A DNA stretch of 59,384 nt, the filler included, from Sphacelaria rigidula (Eukaryota), in assembly GCA_964200075.2 (NCBI GenBank). It is 10 parts of 10 records of this genome, joined end to end, with 100 filler letters (N's around TTAATTAATTAA, not from the genome) between each part and the next. Parts side by side here need not be neighbours in the genome. Positions count along the whole stretch, not along the records: positions 23,797 to 29,645 come from CAXNAA020023992.1; positions 29,746 to 35,593 come from CAXNAA020023993.1; positions 35,694 to 41,541 come from CAXNAA020023994.1; 7 more parts are not named here. One strand, written 5' to 3'. The notes under the pieces were generated by a model. The model saw only the letters and a list, made by a program, of their open reading frames with translations, was not told the origin of the DNA and ran no database searches. Both the position numbers and the translations under genes were made by a program. Below, piece after piece: positions 24,525 to 36,300 of this stretch (positions are counted from its first letter, which is position 1; each line of letters begins with the position of its first letter).

Positions 24525-25109
24525 TGTATCGGCAAGCGTGGGGCGAGGTGGAAGGAACGCGATTGGATGAAGCGATCACGTGTATCAACCACGGGATTCT
24601 CGCCCGAGCCACGCCGTGACTCCACCAACCCCTCCCCGCGAGACGACGCTCTGGACGGCGGCTCGTTTCAATACTCTGGCACTTACTCATCTTTTAGCAG
24701 GGGATGGAAAATAAAACGAAAACAAGGCATTCGCAGTATGTGTGCGGCGACAGCTTCAACAGCCCAACGCGACCTTCGGCCCTCATTCACTGAGGTTGCT
24801 TCGTTATGCGACATGACTCGCTCTGTTATTTACCAATAGCCTTGGCAGTTGCTTCTCGTGTATCTTCCGCGGATTGCGTGGAAAATGACCACATCTACCG
24901 CGTATGTAGATGGGTCGCACAGGAAACCCTTGAGGGGGGGGGGGGGGGGGGGGGGGATGCCGGTGTGGGAGACAGAAAAAAAAAAAAAAAAAGGAGGAGG
25001 GAGGGAGAGAGAGGAGGGAGCCCACCCCACAGCCNNNNNNNNNNGAGGCGATGCGGGTGGGGGGGGGGCGACGCGGGGGCGGGGGGGGGGGGTGGGGGGG
25101 GGGGGGGGG

Positions 25110-28100
25110 CTTTTGCAGAGTGCTACGTCGACACGAAGATAAATGGCAACGGCGGAATAGCAGTAGACATCAGCGTCCGACCACAGTGCCTGTGCCACGG
25201 CCGAGATAAAACAGGCGGATGAGATGACAAGGAATCATCAAGTGGTTGATATACAAATCACTGCTCCATGTGGAGACAAGAATAAGCGCGTAGTTCCGGG
25301 CCAAGGAATTGAGTACCTGGAGTCTACAAGAGTCTGCAAGAAAAAGCAAAGGACCGTTACTGCTGGCCAGTGAAAAGCGACTTGGAAACCGATAATCCAC
25401 CCCGCTTTGTCAAGGAACACCTGTGTGACAGAACAGAAGTGATCGACGACACGAAATTCGACGAGAGCATATCGATAAGGGTACCAGGAGAGGGGGGAAC
25501 AAGGGACTTCTTTGTTGGGAACATCTATATGCCCCCCCCAGGATCGTAGAGTAGGGTATACGATATACAGCGGAGGTTTGAAGAGATAGCAGCAGATGTA
25601 CACAAGTACAAAAGGCAAGGAGGGGTAATGTTCGTAGGACATTTTAATGCAAAGGTTGGAAATGCAGGTCAACCGGACAACATCATTAGGCGAGACGGGG
25701 AAGATAAGAGGAACACGAATGGAGTAGAAATGCTGAAGTTTTTTGAGGATAACGCTAGATGAAGACGCTGGACGATAGAGCACAAAAGCCAGAGGCGTAA
25801 TGGACATGGACTAGAAAATGCAAAAATGGGATGGAACGCTCCGTTTTTGACTATACAGTGCTAGAGCATGGAAGTAGTAAAGAAATGGAAGTACAGGTAT
25901 GCACGGAGGACGTGGGAACTGCAGAGCATTGCCTAATGCAGACAGAAGCCAACAGGCGAGAGCAAAAACAAATAGGCGGGGAAGGAAGTTGTACAAATGG
26001 AGAATCGATAACCTAGAAATGGAAGAAAAACAGCAAGAGTTTCAAGAAGAGATGGCCAAAAATAAAAAGCGACATTTTCCGAGCTGTTGGAACGCGTAAG
26101 TACAGCTGACACCGAAACGGCACGGGATCAGGCAGGAGCGAAGATTATAAGAGGATGAGAGCAGCTGATCAAGACCACAGCGATTAAAGTCATGGGGAAG
26201 AAACTGATCGTATGCAACAGAGCAGTAACATGGTGGCATGATGGAGTAAAACAGGATATAAAGGTAAGGAGAGAGGCCCACGCGTGATAGATATCGAGTA
26301 AAACTACTGCAGGATGGGAGAAATATACCAAAGCTCGAAAGGAAGTAAAAATGATGGAGAAGAAAAAGAAGGGAGTATGAGAAGATGTAGTGGATAAAAC
26401 AAGTGAAGATTTCGATGGCGGGATGAAGCGAATGTGGGTAGAGATACAAGGGATCACAGGAAACCAGGCAGGAAAAATAGACAAGGGGATGGCCACAATA
26501 CCGGCAGAGAATGGTAAAACGGTCAGTGAATTCAAAGGGGAAGAGAGAAGTGCTAGTAGAGCACTGCCGTAAATTAGGAACACCGAAAACAAACACGAAG
26601 TTCGACACGGAATTCGAAAAAAAAACGTGGGCAGAGGCAAATGTAGAGGCGTAAAAACGGGAGGGTAGTGGCTTGAAAAAATTGCAGAGAAAATATACCA
26701 GAGATAAAGTAAAGGAGTGTGTAGCTAAACTCAAGAATAGAAAGGTAGCAGGGGGCAGACGAAATAGTGAATGAATTCTCAAAGTACGGGGGGAAGGGAA
26801 TTATTGCTATAACGGTTATGCTGTATAACTGGATCTGGAAAAACGAGTACACACCCGAGAAGGTGGAGACAAGGAATAGTAGTCAACCATTTCAAAAAAG
26901 GAGACAAGGCTGACCCAGGAAATTTTAGTGGGATAACGCTACTGAGCGCGGTGGGGAAAACATTATGTAAGATTCTGAGCGATAGAGTAGGAACGATACG
27001 AGAAAAGGAAGACAAAAACAGCAAGGGGCAAGCGGGTTCTAGACCAAACCGTGGTTTCGTACACCATGTGTACACACTAGGTAAGATTATTCTAGGTAGG
27101 AAAGACCCCAGGCTCACGTACTGTTCCTGGACGTGCAAAAGGCTCATGACATAGTGTGGAGAAATGGGCTCTGAAAGAAGTTGTGTAAAACTGGGATCAG
27201 AGGAAAGATGTGGGGAAAGATGAAGAATATGACAGAATGTGTCAAAAGTGCGATGATCCTAGAGGGGGAGATATCGAAATACTTTGGTATTTTACAAGGA
27301 GTTACACAAGGATGTACGTTATCACACACTTTATTCAAGGTATTTTTCGATGACCTAATAATGACGACACACGCAGCAACGGCAGGAGTCAAGGTCGGTG
27401 GAGATATGGTATCATACCTGATGTTCGCGAATGATTTTGTGGGTGCATCAGGAACACAAAAACGATCGCAGAAACGACTAGAGAAAGCGCTAGAATACAC
27501 CAGGAAATGGAGAGTAGCAACGAACGCTAATAAATACGCGGTACTCGTATTTAACGAAGATAAGAAAAATCCGGTATAGAGTTCAAATGAGAGTGGGGAG
27601 AAGAGTAACTGCCAATTGTAGACCAGTACACATACCTTGGTCGGAGAGATCTCAATAAACTGTTCTTGGGATGCACACATGAATAAAGTGATAAAAAACG
27701 GTAAGGCAAAGATGGGCAAGATGGACGTGATCCTCAGAGCCTCGCACCTAGATACCAGGATTAAGATATGTGTTCTGATTAACGTGATTATACGAAAACT
27801 GGAATATGCAAGAGAAGTATGCGAGGTGCACGTGAAGTTGGTGAAGAAGTTGGAAACAGTACAGATGGCAGCAGCGGAGGACATACTTGGGTGCTCGAAA
27901 ACGACGAGTAATACAGTACTGAGAGCAGAGTTGGGAATGTACCAACTCAAATCAGAGACATGATAAAATTGAGAGGCAATATGACATGAAGAACATGCAG
28001 AGAAAAATATTGCTAGCCATGGTTGACAAGGCTGCATGGAAGAAAATTACGAAAGGGCGGGCCGGAATGAGGTGTGATAAAGAAGTCGAGAAAGTATGGA

Positions 28101-28766
28101 AGGGGACAGGAGGAAGCCAATACAAAATACTGTCCGTAGGTGAAGGCGCGGGGTACAAGACAAAAGTAAGGCACACGATAAAATAAGAGGATAAGAAGCG
28201 CTCAGACGCAAAGTAGACGAGGAAGAACACCTGGAGATATACGGGGGGTTGAGAGAGGGGATACGGATGAAAACATATCCGCATGGCCCAATAGACGCGG
28301 CGAAAAATCTAAAAGTGCGATATCGGGTGGGGGGCCTGGATCTGCCAGAGAGAAGAAATATATATACCAGTGGTCGAGAGGAGGAGATAGCAGATGCACA
28401 GAATTGCCTGTGTGGCGAAGCAACAAAGAGCAGAACTCATATGGTGGCAGAATGTGAACCATACAAGGAGGAACGGGACGTGCTAGAGGGGGAGATGCGG
28501 GACGTGAACAAAGGTGGCATGGCATCCTTTGATGCATAGGACAGTAGCGAGAAAACGATGGGTATACTAAGAGATAGATGGTGCCAACAGGCGGCGAAAC
28601 AAGACGGGGATAAGATATGTAAAAGGCTTTTGTGTAGTGAGTGGAAGAAACGTAATGAGCGCCGGAATGTTGGAGGTGTCTCAATTAGGAGTAGGGACGG
28701 TGCTCCGTCTCGAAATGAGTGCGTGACCAGCGGTCAAACGACTGAGTCAAGCAACAAATAAGTACG

Positions 28767-28804
<38 letters not shown>
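25110..28804 (+). mobile_element. Decayed APE-RT-Zn-finger LINE (RTEX-like) ending in a poly(C) tail
   Basis: APE: IYMPP, GHFNAKVGN, NTNGVEMLKF, FDY. RT: KVAGADEIVNEFSKYG, GQAGSRPNR, FLDVQKAHD, GVTQGCTLS, LMFANDF. C-terminal CLCGEATKSRTHMVAECEPY. Stop TAA at 28759-28761, then GTACG, then a C run at 28767-28804. The 5' limit is uncertain. Confidence 0.92.
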
Positions 28805-28806
<2 letters not shown>

Positions 28807-29058
28807 AAAAGGCCTTGGTTTCTTGGAGCACCCCCGCCCCCCGAGGGGGACAAAACTGGGGNNNNNNNNNNCCCCGTCCGGAAAACAGTGCGGAACCACC
28901 GGTCAAACACCTCAGTCCAACAACAAAAAAGCACGCCCCCCCCCCCCCCTCCCCCCCTGCCCACTCCCCAAAAAGAGTCGCTTGGTTGCTGAGAGCTCCC
29001 GTGCCCAACGAGGTTAAGATACTGGGTGTAGACGTTCCCGTGGTGCTTCGTGCTTTCA

Positions 29059-29307
29059 GAGTCATTCTACGATAGGGGGGGGGGGGGTCGACTCCACGAA
29101 AATGGGCTCATAGATGCTTCAGGCGACGTAGCACACGCGCGGTGCGCCTGTATTTCGGAAAAAGCGGTGTCGAGCGGAATGAATGAGCGTTATTTCTCGG
29201 GAGCAAGCACGTTTGAAAAACCATTGCTGCCATCAACGACGATTGAAAGTACAATATCGTGTATGAAAACGGCCCAAAATACCCCCCCTCCCATCGTAGC
29301 ATGACTC
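29059..29307 (+). mobile_element. MITE family B, TIR GAGTCAT(T/G)CTACGAT(A/G)GG..., 4-bp TSD TTCA (Sola-like termini)
   Basis: TTCA at 29055-29058 and 29308-29311; GAG...CTC ends; homologous to 32987-33339. Confidence 0.88.
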
Positions 29308-29559
29308 TTCACGGTACCTGGATGTGTCCAAGACGGCCGCTTCGATACCGTCCCCGCGCGCTCGTGGTCGGAGAAAAAAACAGCAGTGACTGCTACTGAT
29401 GTACGATAGCTCGATCGTCGTCTGCGCCTGACCTCCCGGTGCCTTCTTCACTCGCCCGATGTAGTTGGTCTGACACACAACGCCGAGACCATGACAAACA
29501 AGGAGAGCGACGAGGTCCGCAGTCGATTAGTTGACCCAGGGAAATACTCATTTTGTGGC

Positions 29560-29645
29560 ATTTACCCGACAACAGGCACATCGCCCTGGCCACCAAGATC
29601 AGCCTCCTGAAGACTGAAGTGATTGAGGTGATGTTGTACGGGTGC
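29560..29645 (+). mobile_element. RTE LINE RT fragment
   Basis: IALATKISLLKTEVIEVMLYGC parallels LKVRLLKAEVVEALLYGC of the contig-2 RTE. Confidence 0.75.
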
Positions 29646-29745
29646 NNNNNNNNNNNNNNNNNNNNNNNNNNNNNNNNNNNNNNNNNNNNTTAATTAATTA
29701 ANNNNNNNNNNNNNNNNNNNNNNNNNNNNNNNNNNNNNNNNNNNN

Positions 29746-29884
29746 TTGACCCTTCCCCACTCCTCCCTTGGGAGACGGAGCGCCCCGTTCCTCCTTCCTC
29801 ATAGACACCCCTCCAACGTTGGGGTTGGGGGGGGGGGAAGGGTGTACTTATGATCTTGCATGTCGTAGTCATTAGACCATTGGC
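29746..29884 (-). mobile_element. Two stacked poly(C)-LINE 3' ends: P1 at 29746-29818 (noisy) and P2 at 29843-29884, separated by a G tract
   Basis: GAGACGGAGC...AGACACCCCTCCAAC matches the reverse complement of 28669-28712. GTGTACTTATGATCTTGCATG...AGACCATTG matches P2. Confidence 0.65.
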
Positions 29885-30183
29885 GAGGGGGGGTAACGTT
29901 GCTTGAGGGTCATGAATACATCACCGGTATGCAGCAAAATGTAGGTTGATGCAAACATAACACTTCAAGTCCCGTATCGAGTAAGTAACACCTACGAGAG
30001 AAGCATGTGTACTCAGGGGAGGGACTTTGCCAGCTACAGGCCATGGCTCCCTCCCGCCCTCCTCCGCGCATTTACATGATGAAAGAAAAATCTTGCGAAA
30101 GTCCAGCACAACAACTCATGGTACAGTACTTGCCATCGTCATCATCTACAGTGCATAGCAGGTACTCCCATCCTCATAGGAGA

Positions 30184-30630
30184 CCATTTTTTATGGCAAC
30201 TAACCTGTCGTATTTGTACCAATATGAGAATTTCGGCCCGTCTACAGGCGATTTTCTCCAGTGGATTGATTTTTCGGATCCCAGTCCGTTGGGCAATGTT
30301 TTTCGGCCAGCTGCGAGGAAACCGGACCAATTCTCCGATTTCCTGGACGTTGACTTTTGTGCATCACCTTTCTGCTCGGATCGGGACACTCCCGCATCTC
30401 CCCCGATTTAAGCCCACGACTGGGCAGATGCGGGAGTGTCCCGATCCAAGCAGAAATTTGATGGACCGAAATTCAACATCCAAAGAATCGGAGGATTGAT
30501 CCGGTTTCCTCACAGCACATCGCCCAACTGGCTGGGGTCCGAAGAACCAATTCACGGGAGAAAACCGCCTGTAGGCGGGCTGAGATCCTCAGATTTGTAC
30601 AAATACGGATCGGTTGCCATGAAAAAATGG
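30184..30630. mobile_element. Foldback (long inverted repeat) MITE
   Basis: About 210-nt imperfect arms, CCATTTTTTATGGCAAC... / ...GTTGCCATGAAAAAATGG, with inner GGATCGGGACACTCCCGCATCT / AGATGCGGGAGTGTCCCGATCC. No clear TSD. Confidence 0.85.
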
Positions 30631-30717
30631 ATGAACTGGATCTACTCGCCCACGTCCAAAAGAGGTACAACCACAGTGTAGCCTGGCTCCACTTCCTGTA
30701 TGCAGTACTATACTCAC

Positions 30718-33700
30718 GATGTGAACGGGCAAGCCGGATTATCCCGATTATCCGCCACGTAGCACTCAGCGAATGAGGACACCAAGCGGTCTATCTTCTG
30801 GGACTCGCCGGGCAACCTGAACCCGCTGTCCGTGAGCAAATGCCTCAGAGCCTCCTCGAGCGTCATGCCATGGAAAGCGATGGCGCGAACATACTGCAGC
30901 CGAATAGCTTTCCAGTAGTCCCCCTGACCCGTGTTTATGTAGAACATGAGAAAAAAAAACAGAGGAGGGTTGCCAGGGTGCGGTATACATTTTTTAAAAG
31001 ACTACATACTTACAACACCAGATTTCCTCGACCTTTTTCCCTAGTTGACTAAAGCTGCACAAGGGGGAAAAAAAAATGCCGAGACGATTCGGCTTCGGCG
31101 AGTCTTCCCGTCTATTTACCCGAGGCACGTCCATCTCGTAATCCCGGGGTGGCGTCGTAGCGCATCAGCTAGTCGACGACGACGGATCAACTAATCAATC
31201 GATGAATCGATGCGCTCGCACTACCACTTGGTCTAATGACTCCTTCCAACCTTCTTCCCCATAAAAATTCACGATCTTTCAACAACCAGGACAATCATCA
31301 ACCTTTCAAATAATGAGGGAGGGAGGGGCGGGCTTCACACTTTACCATGTTCCTGTGTATGCTACGCAGGAAGAGCAGCTCCAATATGCATTGTTCAAAA
31401 GCTCGACTAAATCCAACAACAAACCCGGGACGATCCACTGTCCTGCAGCAACTTCCAGACCACAGGCGACAACATATGTAACCTTGGGAGCCACGGAATC
31501 CCGCTTGGGCAGGCGGGGAGTTTGCTGCGGTATCACGCCAACCCTCAGACAACGAAAATACGTCACGTGTTGAATCGGCATCAATTTCACTTGAAAAAAA
31601 GTATGCATGAGACACTTTCTACGATAGCTCCCCCCCCGCCCCCCTAAAAAAAAAAAGCGCCTGGTTTGGGGAGGCAAAATCTTCACGTAAATCGAAATGG
31701 GAAAAGCCGAGCACGACGAGCCGCTGGGAATTCCCACGCCTGGGTTCGTTGTCGACAACGTCGCCCATATGAGGCGCTTCATGCAGCCTGAACCCAAACA
31801 TCAGGCGCTGTGCGACCTTTTTTTTCGTGACACTTTTGGGCTATTTTTTTGGGGGGGGGAAAGGGGGGGGGTGAGGGGGTCTATCGTAAAAAATGTCATG
31901 ATCCAATTTTACTACCCCCACGGTGCAAGGGTCAAGTCTAGGTCCACAACTTTGCATTTCTGGGCGGGTAAATAACCCACGTCCTCTTACGTCATCAAGA
32001 TCCGGCTCGCCAAGGAATTCGCCGATGCTGAGAGGGTCCAAGTCGTCCTTGTAGATCCGCAAAAAGTTGGCGATGTCCCTATCATTATCCATCCAGACAA
32101 AACCATCGAGAGAAGAGAAAAAAAAATAGCGCTGACGTCAGACAGTGCTACGGTCAAATAGTGCGAAGGTCAGTGCTAAGGTCATACAAACCTCCGTGAG
32201 ATTCAAGTATCACATTTTTTTTTCCTAGTGAATACCCTAGTAAGCGGCCGTCACATCGAGATAGACACGTCGTTCTGGTATTTTCACTCTTTCGGGACCG
32301 AACCTCGACCAAGCAGGGGAGAGGACCCGGTCTGCACGCAAGATCCATTGGTGAATCCGACTCTTTACACGGTGGTCATTGTCGTGCTAGCCATCATAAT
32401 TTAGACATTTGCACACGTCGGACAGCCGACGAGCCACCTGAATATTACTTCTTATTCCAAGGACCGAAGCTGTTCAGAGTACGGCGGCACGTGCACTGCG
32501 CCAACCTGACAGCAGGCTTTAGTGGGTCGGACCCCCACACTGCCTAGAGCAAAGCTTGGGAACGCTCGAGGCGCCTACCCCGAATGACTGCCGTAACGCA
32601 GTCCCACCGAGCCTCCGAGCATTCGACACACGAGCCCGTTCGCGCGATAAGTTTTGGGTCAGGTTTCCCCCTTCCTTCAAAGAGAAGAAAAAAAAATACA
32701 CTCCTTCGTGATATACTGATCCGGATCATGAGCTACAATACCTGATTTGATCCCCTTTGTCCCCCATTTTCTCCCTACAGCGCTGGACGCCGAGCACTCG
32801 GAGTATCGCAAAGGTAGGGATATAACTTCTCCGACCCCGCTGTCACGTCTTGTGTGTTCTCGGACGGGGGATCTGAGAGTCCTCTTCGATTCGTTGTTTT
32901 TGGTATCTATAATAGATCATGAGCTGTCTTACGTGTGGACATTTGACTCATAAAAGTAAGAAGAAACCTATTGATGACAAGTATCCGAGTAATGCTACGA
33001 CAGGGAGGGGGGGGGCGTACTTATTTGTTGCTTGCCTTGGTCGTTTGACTATTGACCATGCATCCCTTTCAAGACGGAGCACCGATAGGGGGGAGTATTT
33101 TGAGCCCTTGTCTTCAACAACATTCCACTTCAATCGCCTTTGAAATCAGCCAACAGTTGTTCGAACGCGCTTGCTCCCGATAAACAACGCTCATTAACAC
33201 TGCTCTATACACCGCTTGTACCCAAATAAAAACGCATCGCGAGTGCTCCAGGTCGTTTGACGCATCTATCAACACATTTTTTCGAGGAACCGAACACCCC
33301 CCCCCTCCCCCTATCGTAGCCCTTATCGCAGCATGGCTCATCCAGAGTGATGCATGGCGTGACCACCTCACCGTGGAGTATCCGAAATGAAGTTGGAAGC
33401 CACCAGGAACTGTACAGCTTTCTTCAGGCCCTTGGTGCTGTACAGGTGTAGGGCTTGCGCGACGACCTCTTCTGCACGATTTCGCAGCTCTTTGCAGTAT
33501 CTAGCAGTCGAACAACGAAAAAATACGAACGCAGAGCCCGTGGGAAACGGACGGGCGGATGGACCGGAGGGGGGGAGGCATGGAGTAACGATTCAAATGA
33601 AATAAGAAAAGAAAAAAAAAGAAGACGGAAAGAAGATAAAACAAGAGAGAACAAAAAAGACAAGAAACATGGGAAAGAAGGAAAAAGAAAAAATAGAAAA

Positions 33701-34498
33701 TAAACAATAAACAATAAAAAAAGACGAGAACTACTTGACGAGTAACACAAGCAATAGATACAAGAATACTGAGAAAGAAAAAAATGAATAAAATAACGAT
33801 ATGGACAATATACCCTGGTGGAGGTATACAAATCAGAATAACACTTATTGGGGTTGGGGTTGGGGTTGCCGGGGTTGAATAATTATTTCTTGGAAAAAGG
33901 GAACACAACAAAAATATAGACACGAAGAAAACACATGAAGAACACATAAATGCACCGAGTGAAAAGCACACAAAAAAATCGCAACTACAGCGGGGGAGGG
34001 GGGGAGGGGATGAAAAAAGTATCTACAAAATGACGTACTTGAAGCTGCTCGGAGCCCTCCCCCCCCTCCTCCGAACTCGCTGCCCTTCAGCACCGATCCC
34101 CGATACCGCGACCCCAACAGACGTCACGCTTGCCGGGGGCGGCATCATCCCGCTCGTGGTTCCGGCTGGCAGTTGGCGACCGCTCCCTACCGCAGCCCCG
34201 ACAGCAGCACTCGCTTGCTCTAGGAGCAGGCGAGATTCGTCGACAGGAAGCACACCCCCAGGGGTCACGGTGGATGAGGAAGACGCTGGAGTCCCGCTGG
34301 TCGTTGCACCGCTGTTGATGACGGTGGTGCCGTCAGACGATGTTGAGGGGTGAATGCGCGACGTTCTGTCTCCCCCGGTGGACGATGGAGGAGCGCTGTT
34401 GCTCGCGCGCTGTGTTGAGCTGGAGCTGGAGGCGAAGGATTTCCGTCCGTTTAGTCCCACGAGGTTGGCGTTCCTGCCTCCCTTGGTGTTGTGGTTGC
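30718..34498 (-). CDS. Sec7-domain ARF guanine-nucleotide exchange factor, partial; exons 34498-34039, 33500-33372, 32078-31991, 30923-30718
   Basis: GT-AG introns with matching phases give ...KGLKKAVQFLVASNFISDTPRDIANFLRIYKDDLDPLSIGEFLGE...FRLPGESQKIDRLVSSFAECY, including the catalytic FRLPGE motif. Confidence 0.95.
31611..31897 (-). mobile_element. MITE family A, TIR GACA(C/T)TTT(C/T)TACGATAG, 4-bp TSD ATGA, intronic
   Basis: ATGA at 31607-31610 and 31898-31901; homologs at 1-222 and 37771-38039. Confidence 0.9.
32987..33339 (-). mobile_element. MITE family B copy (TSD ATCC) with a nested poly(C)-LINE 3' end in its TIR
   Basis: ATCC at 32983-32986 and 33340-33343. The body aligns with 29059-29307. 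The P1 insert at ~33016-33084 is flanked by CGACAGGG/CGATAGGG. Confidence 0.85.
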
Positions 34499-34764
34499 CT
34501 GAAAAAGTGCGTGCGAACAGAATGAGAGAAGTTTTCGTCAGACGTCGATCAGCCCGCAATGATACATACTGATTGATTGAGTTGGTTGATTGATTGGCTT
34601 GGCTGATTATTATTCCATATCCTAAACAAAAGAATACACAGTCAAAAAGTGTATCGTATACAGTATCGACTCTCGCGCCTATTGCAACAGACAAAATATT
34701 CAATATTGTACGCGGTACATTTTTTGACGATATGATGTAATGTCATTTTCCAGGGTGTGGATTA

Positions 34765-35040
34765 TGACATTGATGGTCGCACTTCAGCTTATCCCTCAGG
34801 GATCCAGCCGTGGTCATTGTCCATAAGATAGACGTGCCCGAGACAAAACAGAAAAGGTAGAACAGACCAATAAAGTAGACTAAGAAAAAAACAAAAAGCA
34901 GACAACAGGAAAAGGAAAAAAATAGAACTGGTCAGCCTCTACCAACCACATGGCTTCGATGTCACATCATAACTGATCTCCGCGGGATCCAGCCGTGGTC
35001 ATTGTTCACCAAGATAGGCGTACCCAAGAAAAAAAAAAAA
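34765..35040 (-). mobile_element. Two short RTE-type 3' ends (~34765-34860 and ~34962-35040); a third lies on the plus strand at ~35440-35475
   Basis: GGGATCCAGCCGTGGTC core shared with the RTE terminus at 7940-7970, followed by A-rich UTR sequence. Confidence 0.7.
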
Positions 35041-35897
35041 GTGGCTGCGGTAGGGTATGCAGGGTATTTGGAGTACGCAGTACCACAGGGTCCCCAGAGT
35101 GTCGAGTACCAACAATACGCAGTGCTCCATTTTTTCTTCTTTTTTTCTTTCACGGAAGGAAAAAGACCCAAGCCAACACTTACCTCGCAAAGCAGGTTCG
35201 TTTGCCGATTACGCGAAGGCTCGGCTAGACTGCCTCGCGGCAGTCATATGGGGAAGGTGCCTGATATGCAGGGTACGGCCTATCGAAAATAATCGGGATT
35301 TCAGGGTATCTACGGTATCGACAGCCTGGAGTACTCAGGATTCCATGGTACCCAGGCAGCGAACTATGGAAAATACTCTATATTCTGTAGAACAGGACTT
35401 TTTCTGTCCATTCTTTTTCTTTAGCAAGCGTTTCAGTGTTGTTTTTCTCGGGTACATCTATCATGAGACCACGGAGTGATGCTACGGTAGGGGTACACTA
35501 ATATTTTCTGAGGTTAGAACTGTAAAGAGCCCTTTATCTCATCCAAAACACGAGTAATGAAAATATGCGAGTGTACGCCAGGATTACTATTCCNNNNNNN
35601 NNNNNNNNNNNNNNNNNNNNNNNNNNNNNNNNNNNNNTTAATTAATTAANNNNNNNNNNNNNNNNNNNNNNNNNNNNNNNNNNNNNNNNNNNNCTTCCCT
35701 GCAAAAGAGAAATGCCACTTCAACCCCACATTTTGTATCAACCCCATTTTCGAGGATCCACTTTTAACAGGTACCCATGCCCCTGGCACATCGTTAGGAA
35801 TGATGTTTCTGGTCTTGGTTTTCCCAGTACAGGGGGTATGTGAGATGCCGATAGCAGTGTTCGAAACCGAGAAAGTACACAATCGACGGCGTTACTA

Positions 35898-36300
35898 ATG
35901 AGTGTGGATTATAGGACGTTGAAAGCGAGGGATATCACCAATTTCACGAGTAACAAAAGTCATAGATGGACGACTTTGAAGCGTGGTGTAGAGCAATATG
36001 CGTTTATGTGGGGTTTCGGAGATGGATTGTTTCGCGACCCACCGCTTTGTGATGATCCTCTAAATAAACCGCAGCTGCTAGAGTTGGGTGTCAGTCAGGA
36101 CGACATCGAGCGAGCTCGTTTTCCGTGTATTTTGCTTCTCAACACTGTCAAGGATCCGGTCGCGAGACATATCCTTGTAGATTTGCGATCACCATCCATA
36201 GCATGGCGTGCATTGGACGAACAGTTCTCTCCAAAACCCTCGAGAGCTAGGATGGATGTCTTAGACGAGTTCAACAATCTGTAGTACACAAAAGGGGAGG
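35898..36300 (+). mobile_element. Copia gag N-terminal remnant
   Basis: LLNTVKDPVARHILVDLRSPSIAWRALDEQFSPKPSRARMDVLDEFNNL fits the Copia gag pattern. Confidence 0.7.

Noticed and set aside
24931..25110. G-rich block that could be a G-quadruplex array or Gly-rich ORF
   Set aside because: Homopolymer runs around an N gap indicate low-quality sequence; it also hides the LINE 5' end and TSD.
26042..28684. Long hydrophobic minus-strand ORFs resembling membrane proteins
   Set aside because: Antisense shadows of the A-rich LINE coding strand. The F/L-rich ORFs at 7883-8429 and 33424-33971 likewise come from low-complexity T-rich sequence.
28805..28945. Apparent tandem second copy of the LINE 3' end and its flank
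   Set aside because: 28805-28861 is a garbled version of the flank at ~28970-29027, and 28872-28935 is a garbled version of 28704-28766, with an N gap between. This is typical read decay on either side of a homopolymer, so it was not counted as a copy.
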